The notes beneath the pieces were generated by a model. That model was not told where the DNA came from. It worked only from the letters and a program-made list of their open reading frames with translations, and searched no databases. Below are positions 10,677 through 19,278 of a stretch of DNA of 64,000 nucleotides, piece after piece. The number at the start of each line of letters is the position of its first letter. The first letter of the stretch is position 1. The stretch comes from Deltaproteobacteria bacterium (lineage in GTDB: Bacteria > Bdellovibrionota_B > Oligoflexia > Oligoflexales > CAIYRB01): the NCBI GenBank assembly GCA_016874735.1, contig VGTI01000008.1, positions 18,636 to 82,635 of the forward strand. Direction: 5' to 3'. The translations under genes and the position numbers were made by a program.

Positions 10677-12206
10677 TTATGTAACTAGTTTAGCCCACTC
10701 CCCCGCCAAGGCTTGATAGCCGGCGAACGATGGGAACGCCGCATTCTCGCGCCGCAATAGGTCGAGCACATCATCGGCCGGCGTACGCCCCCGGGCCGTG
10801 AAATGTCCGACATAAGCTTGGAGTTCGCGCTCAACACCATCCGACTTGAAACAAGGAGGTAAAGCAGAAAAGCCGGACTGCGCTAGCTCGGCAACTGCCT
10901 GAGCAAGCGTTCTTAGCGCCGGATGCGCCAAGCCATCTTCGGCCTTAATGAGCAACTCGCTGAGACGCTGGCGCTCGGGCAAGAGCAGCGCCAACAGAGC
11001 ATCTAAGGTCTTATCGTCGTACAGCAGACCAGTCCAGTAGGCCGGCGGCACGCCTTGAAAAGCCCGCGGCTGGCAGTCTACCGATCTCAACTCCAAGAAT
11101 CCGCGCGGCCGCACTTCCGGAAACAACAGCGTCAGATGAGTGATGAAATCGTTAAGCGTAGGACTTACACCGTCAATCGGTTGGTCCAGCCACTGACCGA
11201 AGCTAAGATTTGGACATCGGTAGTCAAGATCCGCAATGAAGACGACCTGGGCTCGCAGCGCAAACTCAAGATATTCATCAATCAAGACATCCCGCTTAAA
11301 ATAACGATCAAGCTTGTCGTCGCTAACATCGGACAAAGTGGCGACCGTCGGTATCCCCGTATGCGTTGGGTCCGTGTGACGCCAAATCCGTGTCCGGTAA
11401 CCACGGATGCCAGCTGGCTGCCGATTAACGACCGGGGACAACGCAAAAGTCGCCGCGGCAATCGGGGCCAGAAGTTGACTGGCAATGTAACGCCTGACCA
11501 TGGTGGATTCATCGTGACCAAAGTCGAGATTCACCTGGAGGGTGCAGCTCTGGCGCATCATCTGCTGCCCGTAGGGACCGATCGCCGCATAGTAGCGATC
11601 CATCGCGCGGTAACGCGGCTTGGGCATCTGCAGACCTAAGTCAGCCAGAGTATGCCACGGATTAACGCCTACCTGCACGAGCCTAATCCCCGCGGCGCCA
11701 AATAGCGTATCGAGCTCATCCTGCACGGCCGTCATGCGGCGCATCGCATCGGCCAAACATGGATAGGGTCGCGACGAGAACTCGACCTGTCCGCCGGGTT
11801 CAAACGTGATCTGATCGCCATCGTCCAAAGCCACGCGCAGAAGTAGTGACTCACCCTTATCGCCGTCGGTATCTTCGAGGATCCACGGGCGCCTGCCAGC
11901 CGACCCACGGAAGACCGAAGCGATGGAAGTGCCCGGACCTTGCAGGGGTACCGGCGCCGGAACTGGCGCCCCCCCGCGATCAAGCACCGGTAGCATCTCA
12001 ATCTCTAGCCCGACTTGGCCAGGCCACTGCGGATACTTGTCTCCGTACTCTGTGCTACGTAGGCGGAAAGCATGATCGGCTAAATGACGCCGACAATCAT
12101 GGCGCGTCAATCGCGATCTACCGCCGGATCCTCCGGACGCCGACTGCTGCGACTGCGCTGCGACTAATTTCAAACGACGATGCTCCCATATGTGACATCC
12201 CCCCAT
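10677..12206 (-). CDS. glutamate--cysteine ligase family (GCS2-type carboxylate-amine ligase) protein
   Basis: GLEIEMLPV start of the catalytic barrel, CTLQVNLDF, and EVRPRGFLELRSVD, which resemble plant/proteobacterial-type GCS. N-terminal start uncertain. Confidence 0.6.
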   Translation of the reverse strand: MGGCHIWEHRRLKLVAAQSQQSASGGSGGRSRLTRHDCRRHLADHAFRLRSTEYGDKYPQWPGQVGLEIEMLPVLDRGGAPVPAPVPLQGPGTSIASVFRGSAGRRPWILEDTDGDKGESLLLRVALDDGDQITFEPGGQVEFSSRPYPCLADAMRRMTAVQDELDTLFGAAGIRLVQVGVNPWHTLADLGLQMPKPRYRAMDRYYAAIGPYGQQMMRQSCTLQVNLDFGHDESTMVRRYIASQLLAPIAAATFALSPVVNRQPAGIRGYRTRIWRHTDPTHTGIPTVATLSDVSDDKLDRYFKRDVLIDEYLEFALRAQVVFIADLDYRCPNLSFGQWLDQPIDGVSPTLNDFITHLTLLFPEVRPRGFLELRSVDCQPRAFQGVPPAYWTGLLYDDKTLDALLALLLPERQRLSELLIKAEDGLAHPALRTLAQAVAELAQSGFSALPPCFKSDGVERELQAYVGHFTARGRTPADDVLDLLRRENAAFPSFAGYQALAGEWAKLVT

Positions 12207-12277
12207 CGCCGCTAGTCAGCTCACTACAGTAGGGCCTGGGGGTACGCGATGCCGCGTCTACGTTGCCAGTGGCCTGA

Positions 12278-12703
12278 TCAGGACCCACCGGCGCTAGTTT
12301 CGACGTTAATTGCGAAGTCGGTTATACCGTGTTTTCTTACCGTATCAATCAATTTAATTACGACCCCGTGCGGCGTCTCCTTGTCGGCAGAAATCAGCGC
12401 ATTCAGCGGACCAGCCCCGGTTTTAGCCTGCTGCTCTTTGATGAGTCCGGGCACCTGCTCGAACGAGATTGATTTGCCGTCTAAATAGAGCTGGCTCTTG
12501 CCGTCGAGGACAAAGGCCAGATTCTTCGTTTTCTCGCTGTTTTCGCCCGTATCGGCCTTAGGTAAGTTGACGTTGATGGAGCGGTTGACAATGTAAGTCG
12601 CCGTCACCATGAAAATAATCAGTAGCACCAGCATCACGTCTACAAGAGGCGTCACGTTGATCCCTGTGATCTCGTCATCACTGTCGCTAACACTACCAGC
12701 CAT
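12278..12703 (-). CDS. exbD: ExbD/TolR-family biopolymer transport protein
   Basis: INVTPLVDVMLVLLIIFMV TM helix with the conserved Asp, then a periplasmic domain. 141 aa. Confidence 0.85.
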   Translation of the reverse strand: MAGSVSDSDDEITGINVTPLVDVMLVLLIIFMVTATYIVNRSINVNLPKADTGENSEKTKNLAFVLDGKSQLYLDGKSISFEQVPGLIKEQQAKTGAGPLNALISADKETPHGVVIKLIDTVRKHGITDFAINVETSAGGS

Positions 12704-12724
12704 GGTGGCTCCAACTCTGGCCTT

Positions 12725-13354
12725 TCAGCCGTGTTCGTAGGACGAAAGTACCATCTTCATGACAGCTTCAGCATTGGCTAGGCGCCTCTTGACGACGCGG
12801 TTGAAGGCGTTAAAGGCAATCACAGCGGGTATCGCCACCATGAGACCAATAGCAGTGGCAACCAAAGCCTCGGATATCCCCGCCATGACCACGGACGGCC
12901 CGCCGGCGGGGTTTTCCGACAACTCTTTAAATGACATGATAATTCCGATAACAGTCCCAAATAGACCGATAAATGGTGCGTTGTTACCAAGCGTACCAAG
13001 CACCACCAAGCCGCGATCCAATACCTGCCGATTGCCGACCAGGAATCCTTCCATGCTCTCACGCATCGCCGTGACCCCACGCGCACTGTAGTCGATGCCG
13101 CGGAGTACCACCTGGGCCTCGATAGCGCCGCGATTGGCGCACAGCCGCCTGATCCCCTCGCTGTCCCTTTCAATGAGCAGCTTAGACAGATCATTGGTGA
13201 ACGCGGGGAAGTCAATCCGCATGCGACTGAAGAACAAGAGACGCTCCAGCATCACCGTGACCGATATGACACTGAGCGCCACGAGCAGCCAAAGAATCCA
13301 TTCCGTTCCCAGGAGGGTGATACCAAGGAGCTTGTCGACGATATTGAATTCCAT
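12725..13354 (-). CDS. exbB: MotA/TolQ/ExbB-family proton channel
   Basis: Three TM helices and the signature GNNAPFIGLFGTVIGIIMSF...EALVATAIGLMVAIPA. Confidence 0.85.
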   Translation of the reverse strand: MEFNIVDKLLGITLLGTEWILWLLVALSVISVTVMLERLLFFSRMRIDFPAFTNDLSKLLIERDSEGIRRLCANRGAIEAQVVLRGIDYSARGVTAMRESMEGFLVGNRQVLDRGLVVLGTLGNNAPFIGLFGTVIGIIMSFKELSENPAGGPSVVMAGISEALVATAIGLMVAIPAVIAFNAFNRVVKRRLANAEAVMKMVLSSYEHG

Positions 13355-13442
13355 GATCTAGTCACCCCATGTCGGCGCGGGCCAAACCTGCGCCCTTATC
13401 CTGCTAATTGCCTGTTAACGGTAGGATACTCGACTTTGCCGG

Positions 13443-14006
13443 TCAAAAAAAGGCTAGCTGCTTTCTTAACTTCTGCTCGTAAACGGCCATGGCCAGGAGA
13501 TCTTGTCCCAGGGACTGGCTGCGGACCCGCGGCATGGCGACTCGATCCTTGGCTACGAAGAGCTCCACCGCATCGACAGGCTCTTCGTCACGGAGAAAGA
13601 GATTGCGGCCTATGATCTTCTCGGCCCTGGTGATCACCCAGCCGGCCCCCTGGCGTTCCCAGAGCCACCCCTTCTCACCGGCAGGCTTCAGGTAAAAGTA
13701 AGGACGCCCGGGCGCCACACGCCCACTCTCACGAAAGACGGTGCGGCCACCCTCCTGCGCATCGAGAGCGGCATAGAGATTCTGCTTCAGACGCAAAAAG
13801 ATCTCGTCGGCCTGCAAACTACTTTCGAGTGTCGTGTAGCGTTGCTCAAGGGATACCGGCCGATCTTTCACGACCGCCTGACGCCGCTCCCGCTGGGTCT
13901 CGGACCTAGTGGACGCCACGCTCCTCGGCACGCCAGGAACTGCCGTGATTACGGCATTTTTGGTCTCGCGGTAACGTCGCCACCAATTTATCCAACTTCC
14001 TTGCAT
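13443..14006 (-). CDS. hypothetical protein (first gene of the exbB-exbD string)
   Basis: Balanced charged/hydrophobic composition and co-directional with exbB. The opposite-strand ORF 13503..14018 is Pro/Gly/Arg-rich, like an antisense artefact. No family recognised. Confidence 0.35.
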   Translation of the reverse strand: MQGSWINWWRRYRETKNAVITAVPGVPRSVASTRSETQRERRQAVVKDRPVSLEQRYTTLESSLQADEIFLRLKQNLYAALDAQEGGRTVFRESGRVAPGRPYFYLKPAGEKGWLWERQGAGWVITRAEKIIGRNLFLRDEEPVDAVELFVAKDRVAMPRVRSQSLGQDLLAMAVYEQKLRKQLAFF

Positions 14007-14058
14007 TTAATACCTTGACATATCGGGGCAAGATCTCTAATTAAACACCTACCTTGTT

Positions 14059-14135
14059 GCGGGAATAGCTCAGCTGGCTAGAGCGTCGCGTTGCCATCGC
14101 GAAGGTCGGGGGTTCGAATCCCCTTTCCCGCTCCA
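14059..14135 (+). tRNA. tRNA-Gly (anticodon GCC)
   Basis: Cloverleaf read directly. Acceptor GCGGGAA/TTCCCGC. D-arm GCTC-AGCTGGCTA-GAGC. Anticodon stem TCGCG/CGCGA with loop TTGCCAT. T-arm GGGGG-TTCGAAT-CCCCT. Encoded CCA. Near-identical 5' half to E. coli tRNA-Gly(GCC). Confidence 0.95.
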
Positions 14136-14304
14136 ACAACTCTCCTGAAGATTCACATCTCCCTCTATAGAATATCTATGTTATCTAAGTTGGTCAGTAG
14201 GCAATTATTGCTCAGGATTTAATCTCACGGCAATATCTCACCCTAATATCTCAAGTCAGTTTTGATCATTGGGCTTCATCGACCACAATCGCTAGGGCAT
14301 CATC

Positions 14305-14946
14305 ATGCTGCATCTGCTGCCACATCTCGAAGGTAAACAGCACATCATCTGGGACTGGAATGGGACGCTCCTTGATGACGTCGACTTTTGCATCGAAATC
14401 ATTGCAGCCATGCTTAGTCACCATGGGTTACCGGAGCTAGATAAGAACGCGTATCTAAAGCGTTTTCGGTTTCCTATCGTCGACTACTACGCCGAGCTTG
14501 GCTTTCGCTATGATGTGGTGCCGTTTGCGGAATTAAGCAAGCACTTCATTTCGCGCTACAAAGAGGGCATGGCCACCCGCACGCAACTATACGACGGGGT
14601 GCGCGATATTCTCGGCGCTTTAGCAGATCGCGGAGTGAGTTGCTCCATGCTCTCGGCTAATCACGAGGGCGATTTGCTTAAGCTACTCGACAACCACGGC
14701 ATCCGGAATCACTTCGTCCACGTTTATGGCCTAGGCGATCATCATGCCGTGTCAAAACTGCAACGGGGGAAAGAGCTCATGCAGGTGATCTCTCATCCTC
14801 CAGAATCTGTACTGCTGATTGGTGACACCGATCACGACCTCGAGGTGGGCGCAGCGATGGGCATAGACGTCATGCTACTTAGCGGAGGTCACCAGTGCCA
14901 CGATCGCCTGAGCGCGCTGCATCCTAGAGTAGCGCGACGTTCTTAA
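14305..14946 (+). CDS. HAD-superfamily hydrolase (phosphoglycolate-phosphatase-like fold)
   Basis: Motif I IIWDWNGTLLDD, motif II SMLSAN, motif IV IGDTDHD. Motif I reads D-x-N rather than D-x-D. Confidence 0.75.
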   Translation: MLHLLPHLEGKQHIIWDWNGTLLDDVDFCIEIIAAMLSHHGLPELDKNAYLKRFRFPIVDYYAELGFRYDVVPFAELSKHFISRYKEGMATRTQLYDGVRDILGALADRGVSCSMLSANHEGDLLKLLDNHGIRNHFVHVYGLGDHHAVSKLQRGKELMQVISHPPESVLLIGDTDHDLEVGAAMGIDVMLLSGGHQCHDRLSALHPRVARRS

Positions 14947-14956
14947 GACTCGAAGC

Positions 14957-15304
14957 TCAGCCTGGAGGCCAGGTGAGACCACGCCCACCGAGGATATGGG
15001 CGTGAAGATAATCGACCGTCTGCTGACCATCGCGACCGTTGTTTATAACGATCCGGTAGCCGTTCTTATCGAGGCCGAGGTGCGCAGCCACCTTGGCCAC
15101 ACCAGTGAAAAAAGCCCCGACATCTTGCACCGGGAGTGCGCCCAACTCGCTAAACCTGGCCACCTTCTTTTTAGGGATGACAAGCACATGGGTTGGCGCC
15201 TGGGGCTGAATGTCACGAAAAGCCAACACGGATTCGTCCTCGTAAACGATAGTGGCTGGAATTTCTCGACTTAGAATTTTATCGAAGATAGTGATGTCTG
15301 CCAT
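14957..15304 (-). CDS. HIT-family (Hint-like) nucleotide hydrolase
   Basis: CIF-like [12 protein letters not shown] and the histidine triad [14 protein letters not shown] 15304 is preferred because GGAGG lies 5 nt upstream; the ORF opens at 15316. Confidence 0.85.
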   Translation of the reverse strand: MADITIFDKILSREIPATIVYEDESVLAFRDIQPQAPTHVLVIPKKKVARFSELGALPVQDVGAFFTGVAKVAAHLGLDKNGYRIVINNGRDGQQTVDYLHAHILGGRGLTWPPG

Positions 15305-15411
15305 ATTTGCCTCCACGCTATGCTAAACTTTTAGCATATAGGCCAACGAACCAAAATCGAAACCCACACGACTCACTATCCAAACGGCCCGCCCATCATA
15401 GGAGCTCGGCT

Positions 15412-16374
15412 ATGTTGATCAAGATCCGTGACAAGTCGCATGCCAGCGAGCAAGATGTCACACCTAAAGGACTTTATCTCAATCGCCGCAGGATCATGGC
15501 AGGGCTGGCTCAAGGCACGGTCGCAGCTGGAGCAGCTGGCTTAACACTCCCGTTTTGGAGTGACCAGGCTCAAGCGGCGAAGACTTTTGAGGGTGTGACG
15601 CGTAACAACGCTTTCGCCATTAATGAAAAACTAACCCCGCTCAAGGATGTCACGAGCTACAACAATTTTTACGAATTTGGTACCGATAAAGAAGACCCCA
15701 AGAGATTCAGCGCTGGCTTTCGCACTAAACCATGGAAACTAGTGCTCGACGGCGAGTGCGAAAAACCCGGCACCTATGAACTCGAAGATTTCCTCAAACC
15801 GCAAAAACTTGAGGAGCGCATCTATCGGCTGCGCTGCGTCGAAGCCTGGTCGATGGTGATTCCGTGGATCGGTTTTCCTTTGGCGGATGTCATAAAGGCC
15901 GCTAAACCGCGCAGCAAAGCCAAATTTGTCGCCTTCACGACGCTACAGAATCCCGAGCAAATGCCGGGCCAAAAGCGCCCAATTTTGGATTGGCCTTACC
16001 GCGAGGGTCTCCGCCTCGATGAAGCCATGCACCCATTAACCATTCTGGCCGTCGGCCTGTACGGCGAAGTACTCCCCAACCAAAACGGTGCGCCGTTGCG
16101 TCTTGTCGTTCCGTGGAAGTATGGATTCAAAAGTATAAAATCCATCGTCAGAATCACTTTCACGACTGCGCAGCCCGTAACCTCCTGGAACATGATGGCG
16201 CCCGAAGAGTATGGCTTTTACTCCAACGTAAATCCTAAAGTTGACCACCCACGATGGTCACAGGCCAAAGAGCGCCGTATCGGTGAGCTATTTAAACGCG
16301 AGACACTCATGTTTAATGGCTACGACCAAGTCTCCGGCCTTTACCAAGGTATGGATCTCAAAAAAGATTATTGA
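15412..16374 (+). CDS. msrP: protein-methionine-sulfoxide reductase catalytic subunit MsrP (YedY)
   Basis: Tat-like [25 protein letters not shown] and CVEAWSM motifs. ATG 15412 is preceded by GGAG; the longer ORF from 15307 overlaps the HIT gene. Confidence 0.85.
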   Translation: MLIKIRDKSHASEQDVTPKGLYLNRRRIMAGLAQGTVAAGAAGLTLPFWSDQAQAAKTFEGVTRNNAFAINEKLTPLKDVTSYNNFYEFGTDKEDPKRFSAGFRTKPWKLVLDGECEKPGTYELEDFLKPQKLEERIYRLRCVEAWSMVIPWIGFPLADVIKAAKPRSKAKFVAFTTLQNPEQMPGQKRPILDWPYREGLRLDEAMHPLTILAVGLYGEVLPNQNGAPLRLVVPWKYGFKSIKSIVRITFTTAQPVTSWNMMAPEEYGFYSNVNPKVDHPRWSQAKERRIGELFKRETLMFNGYDQVSGLYQGMDLKKDY

Positions 16375-17003
16375 TGCGTCCCAACATAAAACAAAAATTA
16401 CTGTTGATGAAAACAGTGCTGCTATCAGTACTTTTGTTGCCACTAGTTCATTTGGCACTAGCTTTTATGAACGATGATCTCGGCGCCAACCCCGTTGAGA
16501 GAATGACTCACGTCACTGGTGATTGGGCCTTACGGATCCTGCTCCTGTCACTATGCATGACACCCGTGCAACTCCTCCTCAAATGGCGCAAAGCTATACT
16601 GATGCGACGCCTCATTGGACTTACAGCCTTTGGTTATGCGGCCCTGCACTTCGGTGTTTATCTAGTTTTTGACCAAGAACTAAGCCTTGTCGGTACCATG
16701 ATCGATGTCAAAAAAAGACCGTACATCACGGCGGGATTTGCCGCACTCTGCCTGATGGTGCCGCTTGCCATTACCTCAACTGATCGCCAGATCAAGAAAA
16801 TGGGGAGCAAGAGGTGGCAGATGTTACACAAATCCGTGTACTTGGTTACCACGTTGGCGATTGTTCATTATTGGTGGCTAGTCAAGGCAGACATCACCAA
16901 ACCGCTCATATATGGGTTTATCTTTGCCGCATTGATGTTCCTGCGTCTTGGCAAACATAGCCTTAAGATGCGTATGCCTCTTCTTAAGAGGCCACCTCAG
17001 TAA
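16374..17003 (+). CDS. msrQ: MsrQ (YedZ) heme-binding membrane subunit
   Basis: Ferric-reductase-like 6-TM protein with conserved His residues (HFGVY, VHYWW). TGATG overlap with the msrP stop; the ORF opens at TTG 16371. Confidence 0.8.
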   Translation: MRPNIKQKLLLMKTVLLSVLLLPLVHLALAFMNDDLGANPVERMTHVTGDWALRILLLSLCMTPVQLLLKWRKAILMRRLIGLTAFGYAALHFGVYLVFDQELSLVGTMIDVKKRPYITAGFAALCLMVPLAITSTDRQIKKMGSKRWQMLHKSVYLVTTLAIVHYWWLVKADITKPLIYGFIFAALMFLRLGKHSLKMRMPLLKRPPQ

Positions 17004-19278
17004 CTACCTCATCAACCGCCTGATGTATCTCATGTCCGGCTAGTGCTGCGCTAAGAGATCTAAATATAAAATCGCACTGCCTGGATCCACCACCGTGGAT
17101 CTTGAAGCCGTGCTCGTTGCCGCTGTCAGACCGTTTACTCCACCGCACTTCCAAAGCGAATTCCGCCAGTAAAGCTTCTGCTAACAATGCATTTACCGCC
17201 GGATCTGAGGTCTCAATACGCGTTGAAATAATGGTTTGACGACCCAGGAGCCGGTCACCGATCGCGCGGAATCCATAACGCGAAAAATCCTGGACAACAA
17301 ATTCACCCACGTCGCTCTTGAGCCTGATTGCGCCACCGGATCTGAGCCTAAACCTCTGGTCTAGCGAGCGCATACCAATACGGTCCAAAAACACAGTCTC
17401 GGCGCGCTGCAGTAAATCCCTCGCCTCGCTAAAGGGATTAAATTCAAATGCCTGTAGTAACTTGGTCTGATGCTTGACGGCAATGGAGATGGGTGTAAAC
17501 ATGGACACATCTACCTCGGCGAGTTGGAGCTGCTCAGCTACGGCTGCGCTTACCATGATTTTGTAGGGACTGCAGGCCTCTTTTAAGCGGCTAGCGAAAT
17601 TAACACCAGCGCCGATCACTGTGAAATCAAGACGGTCTTGGTCACCGAGATTACCTACCGTCACCCTTGCCGTGTGTATGCCAATGCGCAGCGGCATGAT
17701 CATCTTACTGTCGCCGCAATCGAGAGCTCGTTTCACATTCATTTCCTGAATCCGCGATGCCGCCTTAAAAGCATCCAAAGACGGATCGAATGACTTACCT
17801 ACCCTCTTGTACCCGAATAAAGCCAAAACCCCAGCACCCATCGAACGATCAATCGAACCATTGTGCTCCTCAATGATTTTGAAAACATCATCCATGACAA
17901 GGGCTAGCTCTTGATAAATTCTCTCTTGTGACTGACCAACAGCAATTTCAGAAAAAGAGGCAATATCGATGAATATCATCGAAATATCCAATTGACTTGT
18001 ATTAAAATGCCCCGAAAACGACTCGTTGAGCAGTGCATTGAGTCGCACAAGATCACCATCTTTGCGGAACGCATTGATGATCTGCTTGTGGCGATTCTCC
18101 ATGTATCTAAGACGCAAACTCATTGACAACGAAAATGTGGCAGCACTTAATATAGCCCCAAAATGCAGCGCGCACTCCCGCACCTGAGTCGACTCCAAGA
18201 TTCCAACTTCAGCGAGAAGAAAGACCACGCCACCAACTAAGTAAAACGATATCGCTGTAGCAAAAAGAAAGACGAAACTCTTATTCATGTACCCCTGGTA
18301 TATGATTAAGTTGCGCGCAATTGCACCACCGGTGGCAAGCAGACCGATTTTAAAAATGATATCTGGACTGGCAAAGGCAAAACTCGCTGCCACAGCAATA
18401 GAAACATAAAGATGGATTTTTAAGTAACGATGGAGGCGGGGGAAGTTACGTCTATAGTCAAAAAATCTCCCCGCAAAAAGATAGATGAATACAAAGAAAA
18501 GACCAAACGCGACCGCAGCCATACGAAATTCGAACCCGCGCCCGATCGCTAGCTGCGGCAGTACTACTTTTGTAAAATGGGTAAAATATAGTGTGATAAT
18601 TACATTAGACGATAACCACATTGCCAAATAGGCAAAAGATAAATCTCTCAAAATAAAGAACAGGACTAATACATAAATGGTAAATCCAATGAGACAGCCA
18701 TTAAGAATTGCCCACTGAATTGTTAATTTCCGGACATAGACTCGATAATCACTCTCACGATAGACTTTGGGGACCACCGCCACATCGCCCTGAGACTCCG
18801 TTTTCACATAAAGCGTCGACGCAGCGGTCTTAGAACCAAACTGAAAATGATACCCATGGTCCGACTGACTCGCGAATGTTTCCGGGTAATCATCTCCCAC
18901 AGTGATATGGCGTTCGATATCCGCATTGGATACGAGATAAAAATCGATACGTGAAAAATCGAGGATTTTCGCCCCATGTAAACTCGCGATCCAATCCCCC
19001 TCTTGCTCAGGGAGTTCATCCAAGTCCAGTCGATACCAGTGGATCACCTTACCACCGTCAGGCTTCATTTTGCTTTTGCCATCAGTCGATTCCCAGGCCG
19101 AGGCGGGAAGTCTGATGACCTGCGCGATGTCTGTCGTTGTACCATCTAAGACCAAGTGATTAACAGGAACTGATTGATGTATGTCACTCCGAAAATCGGG
19201 TACCAGCAGTAACAACCCCAAAAAAAATACTGCTGGCAGACGCGACCATATTCCCAACATTGATGACTTAAGTCCCAT
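16984..19278 (-). CDS. 7TMR-DISM sensor / class III nucleotidyl cyclase / PilZ fusion protein (paralog retaining Asn-Arg but lacking the second metal Asp)
   Basis: Periplasmic N-domain with HWYRLDL, then 7 TM helices. Cyclase block IFIDIASFS...SMGAGVLALFG...RIGIHTARV...DFTVIGAGVNFASRLK. C-terminal PilZ motifs RFRLR and DFSRYG. Confidence 0.8.
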   Translation of the reverse strand: MGLKSSMLGIWSRLPAVFFLGLLLLVPDFRSDIHQSVPVNHLVLDGTTTDIAQVIRLPASAWESTDGKSKMKPDGGKVIHWYRLDLDELPEQEGDWIASLHGAKILDFSRIDFYLVSNADIERHITVGDDYPETFASQSDHGYHFQFGSKTAASTLYVKTESQGDVAVVPKVYRESDYRVYVRKLTIQWAILNGCLIGFTIYVLVLFFILRDLSFAYLAMWLSSNVIITLYFTHFTKVVLPQLAIGRGFEFRMAAVAFGLFFVFIYLFAGRFFDYRRNFPRLHRYLKIHLYVSIAVAASFAFASPDIIFKIGLLATGGAIARNLIIYQGYMNKSFVFLFATAISFYLVGGVVFLLAEVGILESTQVRECALHFGAILSAATFSLSMSLRLRYMENRHKQIINAFRKDGDLVRLNALLNESFSGHFNTSQLDISMIFIDIASFSEIAVGQSQERIYQELALVMDDVFKIIEEHNGSIDRSMGAGVLALFGYKRVGKSFDPSLDAFKAASRIQEMNVKRALDCGDSKMIMPLRIGIHTARVTVGNLGDQDRLDFTVIGAGVNFASRLKEACSPYKIMVSAAVAEQLQLAEVDVSMFTPISIAVKHQTKLLQAFEFNPFSEARDLLQRAETVFLDRIGMRSLDQRFRLRSGGAIRLKSDVGEFVVQDFSRYGFRAIGDRLLGRQTIISTRIETSDPAVNALLAEALLAEFALEVRWSKRSDSGNEHGFKIHGGGSRQCDFIFRSLSAALAGHEIHQAVDEVVTEVAS

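Noticed and set aside
13503-14018. A 171-aa plus-strand ORF competing with the minus-strand hypothetical 13443..14006.
   Set aside because: It is Pro/Gly/Arg/Leu-rich with no start context. It would run head-on into the tRNA promoter region. The minus-strand frame has a protein-like composition and is co-directional with exbB.
14136-14304. An A/T-rich stretch just 3' of tRNA-Gly, considered as a possible genomic-island integration site. It contains a short direct repeat, AATATCTCA, at 14232..14240 and 14245..14253.
   Set aside because: There is no integrase, no second copy of the tRNA 3' end that I could spot, and the flanking genes are ordinary. A 9-nt repeat is too short to be significant. 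It is more likely the promoter region of the HAD gene.
15307-15411. An N-terminal extension of msrP (ORF opening at 15307) overlapping the HIT gene start.
   Set aside because: The extension is Pro/Arg/His-rich and non-conserved-looking. ATG 15412 has a GGAG RBS and yields the expected Tat-type leader.
16984-17003. Convergent gene overlaps without terminators: msrQ/cyclase 20 nt, DedA/ClC 10 nt at 27931..27940, and beta-lactamase-fold/SDR 17 nt at 53257..53273.
   Set aside because: This is a common consequence of compact genomes. No structured element is visible in the overlaps, so I do not consider it a regulatory feature.
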